The position numbers and the translations under genes are program-made. A model generated the notes under the pieces. It did no database searches, was not told where the DNA came from, and saw only the letters and a list, made by a program, of their open reading frames with translations. Of a stretch of DNA of 64,000 bases, positions 56,464 to 64,000 are shown piece after piece (the stretch's first letter is position 1; every line of letters starts with the position of its first letter). The DNA is from the human T2T-CHM13v2.0 reference genome, Homo sapiens: assembly GCF_009914755.1 (NCBI RefSeq), contig NC_060928.1; one strand, given 5' to 3'.

Positions 56464-56520
56464 TGCTATGCGATGCGATGCGATGAGGTGCGGTGCGGTG
56501 CGGTGCTATGCTATGCTATG
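56464..56520. repeat. Compound pentanucleotide microsatellite TGCTA/TGCGA/TGCGG, 11 units
   Basis: tgcta (tgcga)3 tgagg (tgcgg)3 (tgcta)3. Confidence 0.92.
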
Positions 56521-56864
56521 GTGGTAATTACAACTGAGAGCCAGGAACCTAGTTAAACTCCTATAGACAGAAATATAGGGGTACTATCTTCCTTATGTGT
56601 ACAGTTCAAAGACAGGGCTCCAAGTTTCTTCAGGTAAAACACTCCTGAGTAATAAAACCGTTAGGACGCTTTTAGCTTTTTGGAAGATTTACATCCAAAT
56701 AAAAAAGACAGAAATAATTTACAATTACTTGTTTTTTAAAGAAAATGATGTAAGAGAAAAGAAGGGATATCTTTCTTTCTTGGCACCTAAAAAACCATGT
56801 TTGTTGTGGTTTTTGTTTTGAGATTTGTTTTTACCCTTACACTGTACAACATTGGTTTACAGAA

Positions 56865-57052
56865 GGAAGCAATTTTGCTCCCTATGGGTCACTTGACAGT
56901 GTTGGGAGATATTTTTGGTTGTCATAACTGGGAGATGGGAGGCTACCAGCACCTAGTGTGTAGAGGTCAGGGATGCTGTTAACCCATCTTACAGCGCATA
57001 GGACAGTCCCCTGCAACAAAGAAATATCCAACCCAACATGTTAACAGTGCTA
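56865..57052 (+). mobile_element. MER20-like hAT DNA transposon fossil
   Basis: gagatatttttggttgtcataactggg...ctagtgtgtagaggtcagggatgctg...aggacagtcccc. Confidence 0.85.
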
Positions 57053-57816
57053 GGATATATTTATATAACTCTTCCAAGGGCCACTAGAGTCTCATATGTG
57101 AGGGGAAATATTTCTCCATTCCACTTCATTCATCCCCCAAAACAGCAAATATATTTATATTTTTGCTCCAGTCTAATTATTAACAGCACCCACTTTTTAT
57201 ATATTTATATATTTGCTGTACAATATATATATGTATATATGCTGTCCCAATGTAATTATTTTATATATATACTATATATATAATATAGTATAGTCATCTT
57301 GTCTATAAGCCGATTGCCACTAATTTTACTGTCAATAATTATCCTCAGAACACTTATGCCATTAACAGAGCCTCTCAGAATGTTCTGGTGAACATTTAAA
57401 GAATGACTTTCTGCAGGAGAGTTGGAATGCCCTGACTTGGAGTGTTCAGGATTTATGTAGTGTACATACTTCCAACATGGTCAATATCAGGCTATCATTT
57501 AAAGTTCAGAGGATTTGAAAACAGGGCTAGTAGTGGCTCTGTTTAAAGATCTCAGGAACCCATTTTCTACTTTGTTGTTCTGCCATCTCTAGGTATGGCA
57601 TTGAGCCTTTATCTCATGAGCAAAGATGACAACTAGAACTGTAGTCATCACTGGGGCAAAGAGCATGAGCCAGAAAGCTTTTAAAGAAGGCTGACACGTA
57701 AGACTTTTACTTAGGTTTTGTGGTAGGCTAGATTGTTTTGCAGCAAATATTCATTACCCATCTCTCTTCATGGGAGGAGTTTATTTCCTTTTCTATTGAT
57801 GTTGCACTTGGCCATG

Positions 57817-58178
57817 TGATATGGTTTGGCTGTGTCCCCTCCTAAATCTCATCTTGAATTGTAATCTCCTTAGTCTCCATGTGTCAAGGGAGGGACACAG
57901 TGGAAGGTGATTGGATCATGGGGTCGTTTCCCCCATGCTGTTCTCATGATAGTGAGTGAGTTCTCACAAGATCTGGTGGTTTTATAAGGCAGTTTTCCCT
58001 GCTCCAGCATGCTTCTTCTCTCTCCTGCCACCTTGTGAAGAGGTGCCTTCTGCCATGATTATAAGCTTCTTGAGGCCTCCCCAGCTATGCAGAATTGTGA
58101 GTCAATTAAACCTCTTTTCTTTATAAATTACCCAGTCTTGGGCAGTTCTTTATTGCAGTGCTAAAATGGACTAATACA
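57817..58178 (+). mobile_element. THE1-type MaLR solo LTR
   Basis: tgatatggtttggctgtgtcccc...ggactaataca with exact 5-bp TSD ccatg. Confidence 0.93.
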
Positions 58179-58462
58179 CCATGTAACTTGCTTTGGCTTC
58201 ATAGCAGACAGAAAATATTTCTCTGCTCCTTGACTTTAGATTTGACCATATGACTTGCTTTGGCTAATGAAATATTAGTGAATGTAATATGAACAGAAGC
58301 TTGAACAGTGCCTGTGTAATTGGGTTTGTTCTCTGTCTTTTGTCATGAGAAGAATATGCCTTTAGAGAACTGCTGGTTCAGGATAAGAGACAGAGGAAGC
58401 TGATCTGGACCCTATCCATACTTAGAGCCAAGCCCAGAAGTTCTAAATCAGTTCTATATTAG

Positions 58463-58837
<375 letters not shown>

Positions 58838-59972
58838 TTAGAGGGGCTTGTTACACAACACTATTTTGGCAATACCTGACTAATCCTGTTTGCCACATTC
58901 AGTCTAATGATTACTCCTATCTACTAGAAAGACTGTTAAGTGGAAACTTTTTTCTGTCATACACTCTTAACAAAAAATCAGAGTTTTAAAAAATTACTAA
59001 AGGAGGAGGGTAATGGATATTGAGGGCAACTAACAATGTCTATTACGATTTTAGACTTTGCCTTTTCAGTAAGCATCTATCCTCCTCACTGTTGAGATTC
59101 GCAAAGTGGTCACAACAGAGTCTTTTATAGGAGGAAGTGTGTCTGTCTCCTTTGTTATTTTTAAGTCCTGAGCAACCTGTTTATTGTCAGACATTGAACA
59201 TTAAGATATAGCCACCCTTCATATAACTGCATTATAACACAATTTATTAAATATAATCATCATTATTTGAAATACTCAACTTAATAATATAATTAACAAC
59301 ATAAAAATGTCAAACTGTGTCTTAAAGGGAAGTTAGTCATGAAAAACCTGGATATATTTATAAAATATATATATATGTATATATATATAAAATCATGTTT
59401 GAAACATCTCTTAAAACTGCTAGTTCCTGGGTTATTCATTTAGTCAAATGATAGAAATAAAATCATTGGATTTAACATTGTTTCCAAAGGGAACTATTAA
59501 ATCTGCCAGCTTAGAGACAGGAAGAGGCTGCAAACAAGAATGACACACAAGTCGGCATTTGACTCATGGTGCTTGGTTTAACTGTAAGTGTGTATGTGGC
59601 AACTGGAGAACACAATAAAGTCATTATACTTTTTTATTGCAGCTCTCGACCAAAACAGGGAACTGGGGAAATCTAGTTTAGAGTAGACAAAATAAATACA
59701 AACTGTACAGCCTACCTCCTTGCTCCAGCAGAGCCCCAGGTCACCTGCAATAAACTGTAAACTTTCACAACCCGCCTTGGATGGACTTCCCTAATGACAA
59801 TCCCATTGAAGAATGGACTGAGAAGAAAAGAGTGAAATGGAAAATTTGGAATTTAGAAGTGGAGTTGGAGAAAGACAGTTGAGAAGACTGGGGTCATTAG
59901 TCTGATTATGACAACTAGAAAGCTGAGAACACCTGATTAGGCTAAGGGCATAAAATAGATTAAAGATTGCAG

Positions 59973-60195
59973 CTAGCCTGGCAACAAAGCGACACTATAT
60001 CTTACTGAAATAAATTTAAAAACTAGTCATGCACGGTGGAGCTTACCTGTAGTCCTAGCTACTTGGGAGGCTGAGAGAGGAGGCCCACTTAAGTCCAGGA
60101 ATTCAAGGCTGCAGTAAGCTCTGATCACCCCACTGCACTCTAGACTAAAAAAAGAGAGAGACTCCATCTGTAAAAAATAGATAAATAAGCAAATA
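59973..60195 (+). mobile_element. 5'-truncated, highly diverged old Alu
   Basis: cctgtagtcctagctacttgggaggctgag...ggctgcagtaagc...ccactgcactctag. Confidence 0.8.
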
Positions 60196-60367
60196 ACTTT
60201 CATAAATTAAAAAAAAATTTCAGCTGCCCAAAGAACGTAAGCTTTCTTATTCTAAGAGCCCTGAAATATGCCAGCACCAAAATCACTTAGTTTATCTAGC
60301 CACTTAATCCATTTTTAAATTTAGTACACTATGTTTCCTAATTATCCTTTATTATCAAGAATTTTCT

Positions 60368-62754
60368 ATGCGAAAATCCTCAATAAAATACTGGCAAACT
60401 GCATCCAACAGCACATCAAAAAGCTTATCCACCATGATCAAGTCAACTTCATCCCTGAGATGCAAGGCTGGTTCAACATACGCAAATCAATAGACATAAT
60501 CCATCACATAAACAGAAGCAATGACAAAAACCACATGATTATCTCAATAGATGCAGAAAAGGCCTTCAACAAAATTCAACAGCCCTTCATGCTAAAAACT
60601 CTCAATAAACTAGGCATTGATGGAACGTATCTCAAAATAATAAGAGCTATTATGACAAACCCACAGCCAATATCATACTGAATGGGCAAAAACTGGAAGC
60701 ATTCCCTTTGAAAACCGGCACAAGACAAGGATGCCCTCTCTCACCACTCCTATTCAACATAGTATTGGAAGTTCTGGCCAGGGCAATCAGGCAAGAGAAA
60801 GAAGTAAAAGGTATTCAATTAGGAAAAGAGGAAGTCAAATTGTCTCTGTTTGCATATAACATTACTGTATATTTAGAAAACCCCATCATCTCAGCCCCAA
60901 ATCTTCTTAGCTGATAAGCAACTTCAGCAGTCTCAGCATGCAAAATCAATATGCAAAAATCACAAGCATTCCTATACACCAATAACAGAAACACAAAGCC
61001 AAATCATGAGTGAACTCCCATTCATGATAGCTACAAAGGGAATAAAATACCTAGGAATACAACTTATAAAGGATGTGAAGGACCTCTTCAAGGAGAACTA
61101 CAAACCACTGCTCAAGGAAATCAGAGAGGACACAAACAAATGGAAAAACATTCCATACTCATTGATAGGAAGAATCAATATTGTGAAAATGGCCATACTG
61201 CCCAAAGTAATTTATAGATTCGATGCTATTCCCATCAAGCTACCATTGACTTTCTTCTCAGAACTGGAAAAAACTACTTTAAATTTCATATGGAACCAAA
61301 AAAGAGCCCGCATAGCCAAGACAATCCTAAGCAAAAAGAATAAAGCTGGAGGCATCACGCTACCTGACTTCAAACTATACTAGAAGGCTATAGTAACAAA
61401 AACATCATGGTACTGGTAACAAAACAGACATATAGTCCAATGGAACAGAACATAGACCTCAGAAATACCACTACACATCTAAAACCGTCTGCTCTTTGAC
61501 AAACCTGACAAAAACAAACAATGGGGAAAGGATTCCTTCTTTAATAAATGGTGCTGGGAAAACTGGCTAGCCACATGCAGAAAGCTGAAACTGGATGCCT
61601 TCCTTACACCTTACACAAAAATTAACATAAGATGGATTAAAGACTTAAATGTAAGATCTAAAACCATGAAAACCCTAGAAGAAAACCTAGGCAATACCAT
61701 TCAGTACATAGGCTTGGGCAAAGACTTCATGACTAAAACACAAAAAGCAATGGCAATAAAAGCCAAAATAGACAAATGGGATCTGATTAAAATAAAGAGC
61801 TTCAGCACAGCGAAAGAAACTATCATCAAAGTGAACAGGCAACCTACAGAACGGGAGAAAAATTTTGCAATCTATCCATCAGACAAAGGGCTAATATCCA
61901 GAATCTACAAGGAACTTAAACAAATTTACAAGAAAAAATCAAAAAACCCCATCAAAAAGTGGGTGAAGGATATGAACAGACACTTATTAAAAGAAAACAT
62001 TTATGCAGCCAACAAACATATGAAAAAAAGATCATCATCCCTGGTCATTACAGAAATGCAAATCAAAACCACAATGAGATGCCATCTCATGCCAGTTAGA
62101 ATGGCGATCATTAAAAAAGTCAGAAAACAACAGATGTTGGAGAGAATGTAGAGAAATAGGAATGCTTTTACATTGTTGGAGGGAGTATAAATTAGTTCAA
62201 CCATTGTGGAAGACAGTGTGGCAATTCCTCAAGATCTAGAACTAGAAATACCATTTGACCCAGCAATCCCATTACTAGGTATATACCCAAAGGATTATAA
62301 ATCATTCTACTATAAAGGCACATGCACACTTATGTTTACTGCAGCACTGTTCACAATAGCAAAGACTTGGAACCAACCCAAATGCCCATCAATGATAGAC
62401 TGGATGAAGCAAATGTGGCACATATTCACCATGGAATACTATGCAGCCATAAATAAGGATGAGTTCATGTCCTTTGCAGGGACATGGATGACGCTGGAAA
62501 CCATCATTCTCAGCAAGCTGACACAAGAACAGAAAACCAAACACCACATGTTCTCACTCATAAGTGGGAGCTGATCAGTGAGAACACATGAACACAGGGA
62601 AGGGAACATCACACACTGGAGCCTTTGAGGGGGTGGGGGGCTAGAGGAGGAATAGGGTTGATGGGTGCAGCAAACCACCATGGCACGTGTATACCTATGT
62701 AACAAACCTGCACGTTCTGCACATGTACCCCAGAACTTAAAGTATAATTTAAAA
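60368..62754 (+). mobile_element. 5'-truncated L1PA (about 2.4 kb; ORF2 RT and C-terminal region plus 3'UTR), inactive
   Basis: ORF2 fragments [33 protein letters not shown], broken by stops and frameshifts. TSD aagaattttct / aagaatttttt. Confidence 0.97.
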
Positions 62755-63206
62755 AAGAATTTTTTTATCTGTTCTTATCCATTTAATTTTCCAGGTGAAT
62801 TTTATAAAGTGAAACATGAATTGCATCAAATATAAAAATAATTTAGGTAAAAATTGAGTCTCTCCTGCCAGGATCATGATATTTTCTATAATGAGACAAT
62901 CTTCAGCAATCTCTCTCACTCCAGATAAGCGCATCACCCCGACGAGGATGCAGTGTGACTCTCAAGGAAGTCTACATGTTTTCATTTGCAGATTTAAGTG
63001 TTTATTTCTGCTTAGCTAATTCAAGTCAGTTGCAAAGTTGGTTGAGGCTCTTCCTTTCTCTCCAGTAGGCTTCACCTCAGTTTAGTTGGGGGATAAGAGT
63101 CTGGTAAAGGAAATCAGAACATGTCTATGCAGCCCCTTTCGGCCAGTCTTACATTACTATTCTTTGATGTTGCATGATTAAAGTTCACTTTCTTCATCTT
63201 TGTATG

Positions 63207-64000
63207 TGTAAACTAAATATAAAATCCTAAGCCCCCTCACTGACTGAACAGACAGACCTCCTTGCCACCAAGGAGACCCCAGAAAAGCCTTAAAACTGAG
63301 TTTCTGGCCATGACAAGACAGGAGGTCAGACACACCTCATGATAACTCCCCTCTCTTTATGGTTCAGATACAACAATATTAATGTTAAATTAATTAAATG
63401 TTAATGTTAAATTAATAAACATTAATAAACAACAACATTAATGTTAAATTAATAAAAACAGCATTAATGTTAAAACTGAGATCATAAGATTCACAGAGCA
63501 GACTCTTCACGGCAATAAAGAAACAAATTATAAATGGGACTTAATGCCATGCCAAGCAAGGGTTAAGTCACACACTCCTACACTTAGAGAATAAACTATG
63601 TTCTGACTGCCACAAGGTTTTTCTTTTTCTCTAGCAGTTAAACAAGCACTGGCCTCTAGATCAGCAACATTAAAACAATTACAACCCTCCCAGTCACAGA
63701 CACTGACAAGCTGTACCCCCTGTTTCACCAGCCATAACTACAGCTTACTTTGGACAGGGGACTGACTTCAGTCACTTTCTCCTGACCATGGATTGGTTCT
63801 GGCTGGTTTACAGAGGCTGCACACTGGAGTGCCTTCATGTCCAGAAAAGACCTTTCGACATATAAGGCCTAATTGTAATACATTTAAGTGTTAAGTCGCC
63901 ACCCCAAAATGAACATGGGCCTTACGGTACATGCATGTTCCTTCAATACACATGCAGCAGGACTACCTTCATGAATATTCAGAGCTCCTTCTGTAACCTT
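63207..64000 (+). mobile_element. ERV1 LTR, MER4-family-like, running off the window end
   Basis: tgtaaactaaatataaaatcctaagcccc...ggaggtcagacacacctc...ggactaccttcatgaatattca. Internal AT-rich cattaatgttaaa repeats at about 63376-63473. Confidence 0.75.

Noticed and set aside
60331-62574. Reverse-transcriptase-like ORFs as a possible novel retroelement system
   Set aside because: Ordinary 5'-truncated L1PA ORF2. It is fragmented, and the catalytic FADD motif is mutated to FAYN.

Overview
Human-type (primate, Alu-rich) genomic DNA containing the neuropeptide Y receptor pair NPY1R and NPY5R (human 4q32, from recall). NPY1R is on the minus strand: CDS 18384-17686 and 17588-17133, split by a 97-bp intron, 384 aa. 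It has a non-coding exon 1 donor at 24309 in a CpG island, and further candidate upstream first-exon donors at 36116 and 42975. NPY5R is on the plus strand: 5'UTR exons ending at 35811, 37564 and 39333, then a single coding exon. The spliced start is ATG 42083 (445 aa); the 455-aa ORF call starts in the intron. The two transcription units are head-to-head and probably overlap. The flanks (1-15 kb and 46-64 kb) are mostly interspersed repeats, including a deeply nested L1/MST/L1PA cluster at 3.5-12.3 kb. I found no credible new multi-gene system. The overlapping-gene layout is the most striking feature but is already described in outline. Most short ORFs in the track are repeat-derived or CpG-island noise. 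Repeat subfamily names come from recalled consensus sequences and need RepeatMasker/Dfam confirmation.
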